The position numbers and the translations under genes were made by a program. From assembly GCA_004022145.1 (NCBI GenBank), contig RCNU01000010.1: a DNA stretch of 64,000 nt; one strand, given 5' to 3'. Each line of letters starts with the position of its first letter. Position 1 is the first letter of the stretch. A model generated the notes under the pieces. The model saw only the letters and a program-made list of their open reading frames with translations. It did not search any database and was not told where the DNA came from. The DNA is from Paecilomyces variotii (Eukaryota). Below, in pieces: positions 1-11,909 of the stretch.

Positions 1-459
1 CGGCGATATGGATTGGGTTCAGACGATTCAATTCTGCGGGCTATGAATAAGACAATTCGTTTGTCAGTAACAGACATTACTAAACGGTCCCGTTGACAGA
101 GACAAAGGCCGAACGTCTCCCAAAGTAATGGACCACCCACCTCGTAACCTATCTTCCTACACCACTCGATCATCTCCGGAATGGCCTGCTGGTTCATAGC
201 CCGGCCCGACTTTCTGATCGCATCGACAACTGCGAAATTCGACTGCAGCGAATTAAGTGCTGCAATCGCATCCTGAAAGACCGCGCATCAGCCAACCACA
301 TTATCAAAAGAACAAGAAACACCGCCATTGCAGTATCCAGAAAGCTAAGAGGTGTTAAAAACAAACCTCGTAACTCCGAGCCATTGCGATGCGACTGGTC
401 GAAAAGAGCCTGGATCGATGAGGTGCTCTGAAAGGAAGATGTTTCCAAAGCCCTTTCAT
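1..459 (-). CDS. MET7: Folylpolyglutamate synthase (FPGS), 5' part; gene runs off the left edge
   Basis: Manual splicing gives exons 459-367, 272-141 and 40-<1, reading MKGLWKHLPFRAPHRSRLFSTSRIA-MARSYE/DAIAALNSLQSNFAVVDAIRKSGRAMNQQAIPEMIEWCRKIGYE/PAELNRLNPIHIA(G). LNSLQSN and the IHIAG lead-in to the P-loop are FPGS signatures. Introns are GT..AG. Not recovered by the ORF track. Confidence 0.9.
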
Positions 460-883
460 GGGCGTCTGAAGGGTTTATGTTGGAAAAAGTAGTCGTCGTT
501 CCCTGCGCTTTGAGAATCTAGACTGTAGGAGTCATGATGGAATTTAGCGGGGATTTTCCATGCATCGAAAAGCGACAGGTTCCGCCTTCGGAGAGCTTCT
601 TATCGGTTGCCCCACGTGAGCGATAAAGATACTAACTAGTATGTACACCACGGTTTATCCTGCCATCTTGCTTGATTCCAAGGGGCTCCATAGAATGTAT
701 TTATATAATTTCCAAGTTCGGAATATAAATACATTCACAAGATTAGACCCATAATAATTGATGTTGAATAATTGTTGAAAACACAAGGTAAACTAGAAGA
801 TACCTTTCATCATGCAGCTAGTCCTCCATCCCGGCCTCTTCATCCACCATTGAAAAGAACAAGACAAAAGATCCATTTTCCCA

Positions 884-1867
884 TCATCTACTCGCCGCAA
901 AAGCAGCCGCATAAACATCCATATCCCTCACAAAAAACCCACCTCTCTTCGGCTCCCATCCCAAGACCTGCCTCGCGCGGATCGAAGATCCCCTAAAAGT
1001 CGTACTCATAGCCTCATTAAACAAATCTCCACCATGCCCAACCAATTCCACCCTCCCCTCGAACCCGAAATACTGAGCCAACGCATCGAAGATATCCTTC
1101 ATACTTTCCTGACTGGTCACGAGGTCGAAAACAGGATACACGCCCGTTCCGGAAAGCAAGGGTAATTTCTCTATCGCGCGTTCAAACCCCACTGCGGCGT
1201 CATCCACATGGACCAAGGCTGGTTTGGATGTTGGATCGAGTGGGATGTGGATCGTTTCGGAGCTTGAATTTTGATTCTGATTCCGTGCAGCTTCGTACAG
1301 CGGAGCGATGTAAGGTGTCCAGATGGTATGTTCACGGCCGTAAAGTAGAGCTGGACGAAGGATCATCACGTCTAGGATGTTAGATGAGTTGAGGATGGAA
1401 TTCTCAAGTGCTACGCGCCAAGCGACGAGAGGAGCTGGAGGTGTGATGGCTTCTGGCCCGACGAGGTCTAGGTCATTAATTCTCTTCTCGGTCGATCCAT
1501 GAACCCAGGAACCGGAGCAGTAGATGAAGCCCAGTTTAGGACCTTTGATTCCAGTTTTGGTGTAGTTGTCGAGACGCTCCTGGCTGATGGATTTGATGTC
1601 TTCGAGGATCTTGTATGTTCCGTCATTGGCGCCGGCGACGTCTACGACGATGTCGATGTGGGCGGAGCGGATGAGAGAGAGGTAGGCAGATGGTTCGTTG
1701 ATAGGGTCAGGACATAAGACTGGGATGATCTCCTGGGCTGCTAGTTGCTTTGCTTTGGTTGGTGTGCGAGCAACGCCGTAGACGGTGTGTTGACCGTTGC
1801 GAACTAGGATATTGGCTAGATTATTGCCTAGGTAGCCTGTGGCTCCGAGAATGAGAACTTTTGTCAT
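884..1867 (-). CDS. NAD(P)-binding Rossmann protein, atypical SDR/epimerase-dehydratase-like, 327 aa, intronless
   Basis: N-terminal VLILGATGYLG dinucleotide-binding motif, FIYCSGSWVHG, ILRPALLYG, VHVDD and C-terminal ARQVLGWEP, all typical of extended/atypical SDRs. Confidence 0.88.
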   Translation of the reverse strand: MTKVLILGATGYLGNNLANILVRNGQHTVYGVARTPTKAKQLAAQEIIPVLCPDPINEPSAYLSLIRSAHIDIVVDVAGANDGTYKILEDIKSISQERLDNYTKTGIKGPKLGFIYCSGSWVHGSTEKRINDLDLVGPEAITPPAPLVAWRVALENSILNSSNILDVMILRPALLYGREHTIWTPYIAPLYEAARNQNQNSSSETIHIPLDPTSKPALVHVDDAAVGFERAIEKLPLLSGTGVYPVFDLVTSQESMKDIFDALAQYFGFEGRVELVGHGGDLFNEAMSTTFRGSSIRARQVLGWEPKRGGFFVRDMDVYAAAFAASR

Positions 1868-2630
1868 GGTGGGATTGAATTGACAATCGGGATAGAGTAT
1901 AGATATCTTGCTGTGGAATGGTTCGGGTATAGGAACTCGATTTCAATGAAGCTTTTCTTTCATAGTCTTTAGGTACAGTACATATCATGTCTTGTTTTGA
2001 AACTACGAATTTCTGTTCTTTTTATATCTTAGTCCTGAGCCAACGGTACATGTCTCAATAACTCCGGACTCGGCGATAATGTGCGGAAGATATGATGATA
2101 TCCTGGTCCTATAGAGTTGATGTTTCCGAATCTAGTCCAGGTGAGTTACAAGTCAGATGCAAGCTAATGCCAGATTAGGAGAATCTTGCAATGAAGGGGC
2201 TGAATAAATAATAAGCACTAGTATGCGTCAGTATCTTCGACTAGTTAGCGTAATCAGTTTTGCAGATATCCTGGGGATGCGGTGACAGTGTCGGGATTAC
2301 CGAGACTGGACGTTCGCAAAGGCCGACGGGGTTAAGCGGAGTGTCCAGTATGTAGATCACGTCCCAGCCAAAAGCACACGAGATGTGGTTGTATGAAATA
2401 AATGTCGGGAAACTAGTTTCGAACAGCTAAGAAATGTATCCTGTCTAAGTACGGATGCGGTACCATTAAACAAACAGTTGAGGAATAGTCATACAGTGCA
2501 ATCGCTCCAAACATCCCGAAACACGGGGAGCAAGTGGAATCGAGCAAAAGAAGAGAAAAGAAAAGCCTAAAAGGCAGAATAACGCTGTCCGTGGGGGAAA
2601 TGGTGAAATAAGAGTACGAAAAGTAAGTCT

Positions 2631-4851
2631 TCACTCGATTCTCTTCTTCCCTTCCTCCATGTAGCCAAGGCGAACATTACTGTATCCGCGTTGGTGCCTC
2701 CGTCCTGATAGCAACTTGCCGATGACTGGGTCCGACCGCGCTTGGATCAGAGCATCCTGGTAGCCTTCAGAGGCAGCTGCGGGAGTATTCAACTTTGGCC
2801 AGTTGACCTGCAAATTGGCGTCAGCAAAAAGTAGAATGGAAGTGACGGTCCAGGATAACTTACATATAGCATTCCGTGCGCGAGAACGAAGCGCAGGCAC
2901 CATGCGCCAATGATGATCCAGAAAATGATAAAAAGCCTCAGCGGCCAGGAAGCTGAATCCGGCAATTGTCTTGTGAAAGTAGCCAGCGTGACCATAAAGA
3001 TACTCGCAGCCAAAACGTAGGGGATGGCTTGGATGATAACAGGTCTACGGTCGACGAAGAGTAACATGCCAGCGAACGTCGAGTCCGGCGGGAGATAGGT
3101 GCCCAAGAACACATCGAATGCATCTTGTCTGGGACCGTCCATAAAGTTGTTGCGCACATATCGCGTGATCGAGTTGCTCAAGTCCTGAAGCATACCTGCG
3201 CGCGTACGCTGACCCGTTCGGGTGAAGTCAGTCTTCAACGCACCAGTGCCCGAATAAGACTTGGAGACGACGTCGGCATTGTCAGCCCAGATGTTGCGGA
3301 ACATATCCTCAAATTCCTTATCATCGCTGGCTGACTCTCCGGGTCGAAGAATTCCCACGTCGATCAACTGCCGGGTCACAGCCCAGCGGCCCAGCATGCT
3401 CTGAACGACATTTGTGCGGTCTAGACAATCCATGCAGTTTGTTCGCACAACGCTTGTTTGAAGAGAACGGATATCCAACTGCCCGAGTTGATCACCGGGC
3501 GTTTCGACACCGCGGAAATAGCCGCCACGGTTCAGTCCATCGATCAGACGGTCCAGTAGAAGCTGAGCCCGATGCCATTGGAGACCTTTTGTTTCATTGT
3601 GGAAATCAAAGTAGACGTAGTGCAGACGGTCCATCTCTTGCCTCTTCTCCGCTGGCTCGACAACATGTACCTTTTCGTCAGATATGTTGTCGGTCTCAGT
3701 ATGCTCCTGGGGTGAAGAAACCAAGACACGGACCATCTGCTCGTAAGCCCGCTTCACTCGCTCTTCTCTTCCTTTTTGATTCACCAGGTTCACGAGATAG
3801 TTCTCCCCGTAGATCCTGATTTGTTCGGAAAAGTGCTTCCTGGCAGCATCCACAGCAGTCTCTACCCCTCTGACCTGGAGCTTGGGGGTGTACTTCAGAT
3901 TGTTAACCTCGGCCCAATAGACCGGCACGCTTCCTCTTGTCTGTACATAGGATAGCACCTGCAAGTCCTGGCCCGCGCCGTCTCCTTTCATGGACTGTCC
4001 TCCAGCGAACCCGGACAGACCTCCAGCCGCATCATTCAATATCACCACTTGTTCCGTCTCGTTGTAGTTCGAGACATGGCCCTGTTCATCTATACCGCGC
4101 GAGAAGTATCGAGTACCCCCACGATGTCTTGATCGTCTCGTTATGAGAGCAAAGGTAAAGGGGCTCGACTTGACACTGGTTGAGGTAATACGCATCATAC
4201 CGTACATGACTGGTAAGATGAACGGGTCGACCCCAGGCTGTTGGCCATACCGTATGCCCGCATTGTCATTGGCACCCTGACGGAAATCAATCAAGTCGGA
4301 CTGGACAAAACGGTTCCAAAAGAATCGGTCGTCTGCTCGTTTCCAGAGGGGGAGACTGAGATCACTCTGCGCCTGTCGCTGGAAGCTGTTGGTGATATCG
4401 AGAGAATAGGAGAAGAACAGAGGTCCACTGCGGAGTAGGTCCTTCAGGAGAGTGAGGTAGGTATCTTCATCGATGTCATGCAGTGGTCTTTCTCGGAGGG
4501 GTAGGAATTCTGTGGCCACGACCCTGTATACCATGTGGCCCCGCAGCCTTCCCATGGGCTGCGCCTTTGTTATGACAATGATGTATTTATCTGGTTCTGT
4601 AAGTCCTACGACACACTATGCAAAGCCACGGGAATTCGCATACCCAGCTTTAGTTTTATGATTCCCAAGATACCAGCGATGCTGGAGACGCGCTTGGCGC
4701 CCAGCAGGGTCCCATCGTTCAGACGGATGTCGCCAGTCGGGCGCTCAACAACAAGCGTAGGAGAGTCGGGAGACGAAGGAGAGGTGAAAGCATAATGAGA
4801 AGCCGAGGCGTGAAGGTTAATATCACGGAATGGGAGGATGGGACGCGCCAT
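2631..4851 (-). CDS. SAC1: Phosphoinositide phosphatase Sac1
   Basis: Exons 4851-4644, 4590-2864, 2807-2631. Catalytic RTNCMDCLDRTNVVQ (CX5R), RGGTRYFSRGID, QTRGSVPVYW, YSGTGALKTDFTRTG and two C-terminal hydrophobic segments. Confidence 0.97.
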
Positions 4852-5057
4852 AGTGAGCTGCGGTCCCTTAGATTGTCTGGATCACTGGAGAGCAGACGAA
4901 GTAGATGCGTGTTCAACGATCGCTCTGCATGGTAGGACGACAGTTGAACCCGAGCCCCAAGACAACCTGGGGAATAAATCAAACAGATCTGCTTGTGAAT
5001 GTGGACACGTCGCTGGCCGAGGGTTGACTCCCTGAGCTGGACGATAGATCACTGCCC

Positions 5058-5091
5058 ATTAGTTAGTTAAGTGAGTTAAGTTAGGTTAGTT
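5058..5091. repeat. Degenerate TTAG/TTAAG array in the SAC1-Rab5 divergent promoter
   Basis: attagttagttaagtgagttaagttaggttagtt read directly from the sequence. Confidence 0.7.
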
Positions 5092-5304
5092 CATCTTCTT
5101 ATTACAGCTGCACCGCCCCGCCCAATAATCAACTGCTGTGGCTGGGGCGCTGGACAAGCCGCTCTCCTCCGTCATCTCAGCAGGCGGCCATCGTCGTGCT
5201 CCTCTCACTCCATCTGTCCACTAGCACTCAACCTCGCCCTCTCAACGACCCTTCTACAAATCCATAATTACCAGATTCTTCTTCATCTTCCGGGATTCAC
5301 GATC

Positions 5305-6222
5305 ATGGCTTCTAGAGCGCCTGCGGGAGCCCGTCCCGGTGCGAGGTTCGCCCAGTTCAAGCTGGTCCTGCTCGGTTAGTCCCTCTGGCGTTAACCTGTG
5401 ATATTACGAGTTCTGGATCACTGACAGGAGTTGCTATGTAGGAGAGTCTGCTGTCGGAAAGGTTAGAGTCGCTGGTACTCGTTTTGCGCCCGCTGTCGAT
5501 TGCTGACTTGCCACTTCCAGAGTTCACTCGTGTTGAGATTCGTCAAAGTACGTTGAAAGGCGACCCAAGAATATGAAGATCATCAAGGATCCCTGAAGAT
5601 CGGGGCTAATATGGCTGCAGGATCAATTCGATGACTACCGGGAGTCTACAATCGGCGCCGCTTTCCTTACGCAGACCATCTCACTCGATGAGAGCACAAC
5701 GGTCAAGTTCGAGATATGGGATACCGCTGGTCAGGAGCGCTACAAGTCGCTAGCGCCGATGTATTACAGAAATGCCAACTGCGCCGTTGTGGTTTATGAT
5801 ATCACGCAAGCCGTACGGACCCAGCGTCTCTCTCTTTCTTGCGCCATCAGAAGCTAACCCGATCGTGATTACAGGCGTCCCTCGACAAGGCCAAGTCATG
5901 GGTGAAGGAGCTTCAGCGCCAAGCAAACGAGAACATCGTCATTGCTCTTGCTGGAAACAAGCTTGATCTCGTTACCGATAACCCTGATAAGCGTGCTGTC
6001 CCGACCGCAGATGCAGAGGCCTATGCGCGCGAGGCCGGCCTACTTTTCTTCGAGACCTCCGCGAAGACCTCGACGAATGTCCGGGAACTGTTCACCGCTA
6101 TTGCCAAGAAACTCCCTCTGGACCAGGCAGGACCCCGAAATCTGAGAACGACGCCTCGATCCGGTGTGGACTTGAGACCAGAAGCGCCCGGCACCCAAGC
6201 CGCTGGTGCCTGCAATTGTTAG
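5305..6222 (+). CDS. YPT52: Rab5-family small GTPase (Ypt52/Ypt5 type)
   Basis: Exons 5305-5374, 5442-5461, 5521-5547, 5621-5812, 5875-6222. Motifs [54 protein letters not shown] and a C-terminal CNC prenylation motif. Confidence 0.95.
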
Positions 6223-7959
6223 ACATATCTTGATGATTGCGCACTCTTGTCCCCCTCGCCTTCCGTATTATCTTTCTCTCTTGCTTGGTCGAGATCCGTT
6301 CCAACCGTGAACCTCGAGGGTATTTGCTGCAGGTGACTGAGCTGATGGTATGCTTTTAATGCTGGGTGTGCCGATTGAAATCTGCGCAACGTCCGTTGCG
6401 ATCGATTACAGTCGACACTGGAAATATTATCTTTGTCTCTTATTCTCATTTCTTGCCTCGTGCTGCCCTCAGTCTGCGTGCCTACCCTGCAAATCGTCAT
6501 GGCATGGTACGAGTCGCAGCCAGGTATTCATTTCGCATATTATGCTAGACCGTACCCTGCAGGGATCATCATATTACCTATTCGTTGACGTGTTCTATGT
6601 CTGTTCTCTCGGCGTCAATTGTTGTTCTTGTGGGTTAAGGTCCATATTACTTGCTCTCTTGCTTTTCTTGTCGACCGTTACAGAAATCCTTCATATCCTC
6701 TCTTGATCTAGTTATTCAGCCGCTACGTCCAATCTTTTATGTCCATATTTTCCAAGACGTAACTCTCCGTAGGCGTAGCCCTGTATTTTTAACATGTCTA
6801 GCCTATGCTTGGCAGTAGCTTCTACTAGCAACCTAACCATACTAGCGTTCAGCCCTGCAATCACTCTGCGAGGTATTCCGTCCAAACTTGAGACGTAATA
6901 GCCAACTATGTCTCCAAAGGCTAGGCCCTCGAAGCCTCCTCAATTACTATTATCTCAAGCTCTCAAGCTCTCAAGACTACCTAAATAACCAACGACCCTT
7001 GTAGCACAGGTGATATCCATCTCCCACATAATGTACGTAGTGGAGTGCTCCGTTCCAAGACGTGGATCTAAATTGACTGGCAGATAATACTGACAGAGTT
7101 AGAGATTGCGAAAATCTCAATTATTCTCTCAGTCAATAAGTGGGAAACGGTTTATAGTTGAGATTCATGCTCACAACTATTGTGTTCCAGACCCTAGTTA
7201 CCTGTACAGCGTCCACAGACGGTTATGCAACAGGTTGGTACATACAACACGTGGATTACTGTACGGCAAATAGGATAGTGTTACTGGTAGCTTGCAAAAG
7301 GTTATATGAAGAATAGAATAATGAAATGAAATGCATGCGCATCTGCGAGTCTATAATTAAAAAGAAAATGTTAAAAGAAAAAAAAAAAAGAATGATTAAA
7401 TGATGCATATGCACTCCCCCCCCGGCCTTGATGCTTTTTTCCTGAAAACCCAAATCCCCGACCAACTTTGCCTCCCAATAGGGGGGAACATGAGATCCGA
7501 ACGCCCCCCCTCCTGTTTCCTGAAAGCTTCGCCACGGTAGTAAACTTTTGTTGTGGAGTCTTGTGTGTCTAGGCGTTGTATAAGAAATTCGATATTCTGT
7601 AAAGCCTCGATCAGAGGAAGGATGTGTGGGGCTGGGTGAAAAATTGGTTCGTAGCCTTTCAACGACTGATGTCTCTTTAGGAAATATGAAAGGGGTATAT
7701 GTTGACGGAAATAGGTCCTCGAAGTTGGTTGTGTATGTACCGCCTTAGAAGGGTGATAACCTTGGCCAATCGATGGCAATAAGCAATGGTTTGTTGTTGT
7801 ATCTGTTTCTGCGCATCCTCGTTTTAGGATGTCAAGAGCGAACAGAAGAAAGTCTGTACAATAGCAGTGCAGTGATTGGAGGCGGTACCAACTCGTTTTC
7901 CTCAGGGCTTTTTTTGTTCGGAAGGTGAGCACATCATGCTGCCAAATATATATTGATGT

Positions 7960-8886
7960 TTAGACCATGTGGTTCACATTGTGGACCTGGCCGGTTTGGT
8001 ACGCAACACTCGGGTTTTCAACGCTTTCGTCTCCCACTTCTGCCTCTTTCTGTTGAGCCAGCTTCGCGCCTTGATCAAGACCAACTGGGGAGTTTCTGCC
8101 GTAAAGGAACCAAAAGCTCAGACCCGCAGGGATGATTCCTCCGATGATATTGCCGATCGTAACGGGGATAATGCTTTGGTAGATGAATTTGCCGACTCCG
8201 AAGTTTGTACCGTAGAACATGCCGATAGGGACCAGATAGTAGTTGGCGATGCAATGCTGATAGCCCATGATGACGAAAGCCCAGACAGGGATCCAGATGG
8301 AGTAGATCTTCGAGATGTGGTCGTTACAGGCAGTTGCGAGGTAGCTAGCCAGAGAGACGAACCAGTTGCAGCCGATACCTCTAAGGAAGTTCACCGACCA
8401 CTGTACGTTGACGCGACCTTCAGCTTGTGTTCCTGCGTACGCCTTTTGTTCATCTGTCTGTAAAGTGTTTGCCCACCAGCAGAAAAAGCCTGCTATGAAG
8501 AGGCCTGCTGCCATGTTGCATATATAACCGGTCACCAGGACTCGGAGGGCTCCCAGGATCGAGGTCTTTCGCTGACAGGTCGTGAATGTCATGAAAAACA
8601 GACTTGATGTGAACAGTTCGGCATTGGTCAGGATGATGAGAACGAATCCTAGTGGGAAGGTGAACCCAGATATCATCGTCGCCAGAGCGGGATTACTTTC
8701 CCGCAGTTGCGGGCTCCCGGACAGGACGAGAAGGTCGACATGTGCTCCGAAACTAATGTAGCAGCCACCGAGGAAGGCTTTCAAGGCCAGACGAAAGAAT
8801 GGAAGAGCTTCTCTCTCGACGCCTGCTCTTGTGAGAAGGATAGAGGTCTCTTGGGGTGTATACCCGTTAATTCTTTCGAGAGACAT
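7960..8886 (-). CDS. Formate/nitrite transporter (FNT family) channel, 308 aa, intronless
   Basis: FPLGFVLIILTNAELFT, GIGCNWFVSLA, FVIMGYQHCIAN and VTIGNIIGG match FNT family motifs; several hydrophobic helices. Confidence 0.93.
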   Translation of the reverse strand: MSLERINGYTPQETSILLTRAGVEREALPFFRLALKAFLGGCYISFGAHVDLLVLSGSPQLRESNPALATMISGFTFPLGFVLIILTNAELFTSSLFFMTFTTCQRKTSILGALRVLVTGYICNMAAGLFIAGFFCWWANTLQTDEQKAYAGTQAEGRVNVQWSVNFLRGIGCNWFVSLASYLATACNDHISKIYSIWIPVWAFVIMGYQHCIANYYLVPIGMFYGTNFGVGKFIYQSIIPVTIGNIIGGIIPAGLSFWFLYGRNSPVGLDQGAKLAQQKEAEVGDESVENPSVAYQTGQVHNVNHMV

Positions 8887-11800
8887 GGCGACGACGGAAA
8901 CAGAATGCAGCTACACAAAGGCGTCCGGGGAGAATTCTGGGGGTATATCATGTTAATAATGTTTGTTTATCCTAGGCCAGACCCTCTATCGCTCTGATGG
9001 AATATACACATACCTCTTATTGTTATTGGATAGAAACCACAGAGAGCATCATTGACTGTCTGCTCCGGCGACGATTGATCGATCCCAAAGACTCGGCAAG
9101 GACCCTCACTCTTATAAGTCGCCATTTAAGACCATTTTATTCAGCCGCATCCGATTAGGGGTGCATAACACTGAGGAGAGCGTGGCACTAACAGATGGGA
9201 TCCATCCTTACAACGTTGCGTAATACAGCGGATTCTAACCAACTTAGGTCTGACAGTTCGCTATATTTGCAGCCCCAGACTGAACCAGACTGAAGCTCCA
9301 GTCGAAGTTATGACATAACCACTATCATCGTTGTGTTCTTTTGGGTTCGTCGAAGGTTACGACCTATTCCGGTATCGCGGAAGCTCCGGATATCGTAGCA
9401 CGTACGTATGTAGTTAGATGTCCTAACTGTTGCATACTCCATACTCAAGCGGAGCAGAGACCGACATTGCTAGAGACCGCTCCGAAAGACGGACAATCCC
9501 CATGGGTGTTTCACAAGTGCCGTCAAGCTCAGATAGCTTCGACGAAAGACTGACCTCACATGCCCCAAGGAAGTAAGGATAGGCTATCGGTCTGATGAAG
9601 GCTGCAGAGGCGTTCAAGCGAGGTTTATCCGCTATTCCCGAATGGCAATTAGGGCTCGGATTCTGTGGAGTCGCGGAGACACGATCGTGAGTTGTAAAGC
9701 CGGATCAAGACGAAGGTTTACTCTGTTTTAAGTGTTAGCGTATACCACAAGTCTGATGTTCTGGGGCCGAGGCTTAGTGCTTCCCTCAAGACTGCCACTA
9801 GCTATCACATATTCAATCAAAGCCACAAGAGGATCGTCCGTGGGTCCTGGGCAATCTAAGAACTACGTACATGCCAGTATATATATTAATTAAGTACCAG
9901 CAACAGTCGACGGAAAAGTCTGAACTCAGCTCCAGGGGTCTGAAGCTCTCAAAAAGACAGCGACAACATTTTATAATATTTAATCCCATTCATCACGCAC
10001 AGTTTAATGGTAAACTCGGGGAAGTTCTGACTTCTACACGCCACGTCGCATTCCTTCGGCGTACTCGGAGAATGTTCGGGCGGATGAGCGGGTATGGATT
10101 TGAATTGATGACGCGACGACTCAAGAAGAATAATATGGGCTCTCGACAGTTATAAATCAATTAATATCTTCTTCATCAGATAGATCGGTTCTTTCTGCCT
10201 TCTCGATCGACCCGTGAGACATTTTTTTCGACACGCGCGCGACATTTGTTGGCAGAAATCAATCTGGCACCCGAAATATGGTAACTACCATATGGTAGCC
10301 ATAGCAGACCAGACCAGCTCGGTTTCACATTCTCCACAGTCCCAGTACCAGTAGATAGTCCTAGTCACTTACTGGGTCCTCGCCGTGGAAGTTGTTGTGT
10401 GGAAAAATGAGCATTCCTGAATATCCGAGTAACGGAGTGTTTCTATGTACTACTAGACTCAGGCATAGTTATCAATAGGCCGTGGAAAAAGCAGAACGAT
10501 CGCACTTGGCTCCGATAGCGGAATTAACTTGTGAAACCGTCTTTTAGACGGCTGTGTTGTATTATTTGTATAGAGATCTCCCTCATCGTCAAAAGTTACC
10601 TTCCAGGTCCGGCTTTCGGAGGTAGTATCGATCTTCGAAGGCGTTTACTTAGACTTCATGTTTTCATTTGACCAGGGGGCTATCATGATGAAGATCATCT
10701 TAGATAGACCAACCCGAGCTCTCACCACTCCCTCGGGGCACGTAAAGTCGGCTCCCGCTTATGCACCTAAAAAAGGCTTGATCGGACCGAGTCTCATTGT
10801 CAATATAGGAGCTGAAAGCCCAAGGGTCCGATTCCGATCCCGATGCGAAGCTTATTATTTATGGAGTATGGAGTATGTACTGGTAGTAGTACTGTAGTAT
10901 TATTATTATTATTCAGGTACCATAGTCTGTCACTAGCTTATTTTATGACACGGACCATGATAGAAAAGATGAATGCTGAGAGGACAAATAGTTGTACTCT
11001 TCTGAGAGATATTCCCCGGGTTCTGGGGCGTCCCATACTGGAGTGGGGGCTCTGTGCGATGTTTCCAGATCAACACGTATGAACGCGTACCAAGCTTCTT
11101 TTCGATATGAGGAAGGTATCTTTTGCGGGATTTGTAGAACGGAAGCAGGACGCTGAGTGTCCATTATTAGACCAGCGTATGGTAGATGGTAGGCCCATAC
11201 ATGCATGGGACGTCGTCCAACCCATCGACCGCAGTTTCATGTACTGTACCATAGTAGATAAAGGACTCCCTATTATTGATTAACCAGCATGGGTATAACT
11301 ATTTTTCCCCAGCCGGTAATTCCGAAGGTTAAGCTTAGTCTTTCTGTAACTATGCCATGTGGCGCGAAATTTGACCAGGTTCATCTCCACATTATCTCGG
11401 AGGCTTGTTCGACTTCTCAACCTTTTAGCTCTTCAAAATGACTTGAGTATAAAACGCTTCCCAGACGGATCTCAAGCTATAGAGTTTTTGATATCCAAGA
11501 ATTATTTATTGCCGAACTATTGACGATATCTGTACAAGTTCTGAAAAAGGAAATCCGGGTATGTCGGCAGAGACGATGGAGTACATTCAAATATTCCCGT
11601 TTCTGGATGTTTCATGCGGCACTTACGCTATGATAGCAACTAATCTTTTTATTATTATTTGTGGAGAGAACTGCGTTGCTTACATGGAAAGGGGTGAAAT
11701 TCATGTTGCGCATTAGATTTGATACTACTCCAGATGTATCTGCGTTTGAACTATCCTTTTTTTTTATGACAAACAGGAAGCCACCATGATCATCTCCTGA

Positions 11801-11909
11801 AAAGTACTGTACAATGAATCGAAAGCGCCAAATCCATGAAAACAGCCAGTCCCTCTCGCATGGGATCTGAAGAAGCGCTGCATACCGCACTCATCGATTT
11901 CACATTCCG

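Noticed and set aside
194..448. 84-aa ORF in the ORF track
   Set aside because: It is an off-frame read through FPGS exons and intron 1; the spliced frame gives recognisable FPGS.
6350..6706. 118-aa hydrophobic ORF after Rab5
   Set aside because: T-rich 3' UTR-like composition explains the Leu/Phe/Cys bias, and it has no motif.
9000..9400. Possible NirA/AreA nitrate-regulon sites upstream of the FNT gene
   Set aside because: ctccggcg at 9063 does not match CTCCGHGG, and I saw no convincing GATA cluster.
10285..10298. 14-bp palindrome ctaccatatggtag
   Set aside because: Several palindromes of this length are expected by chance in 64 kb.
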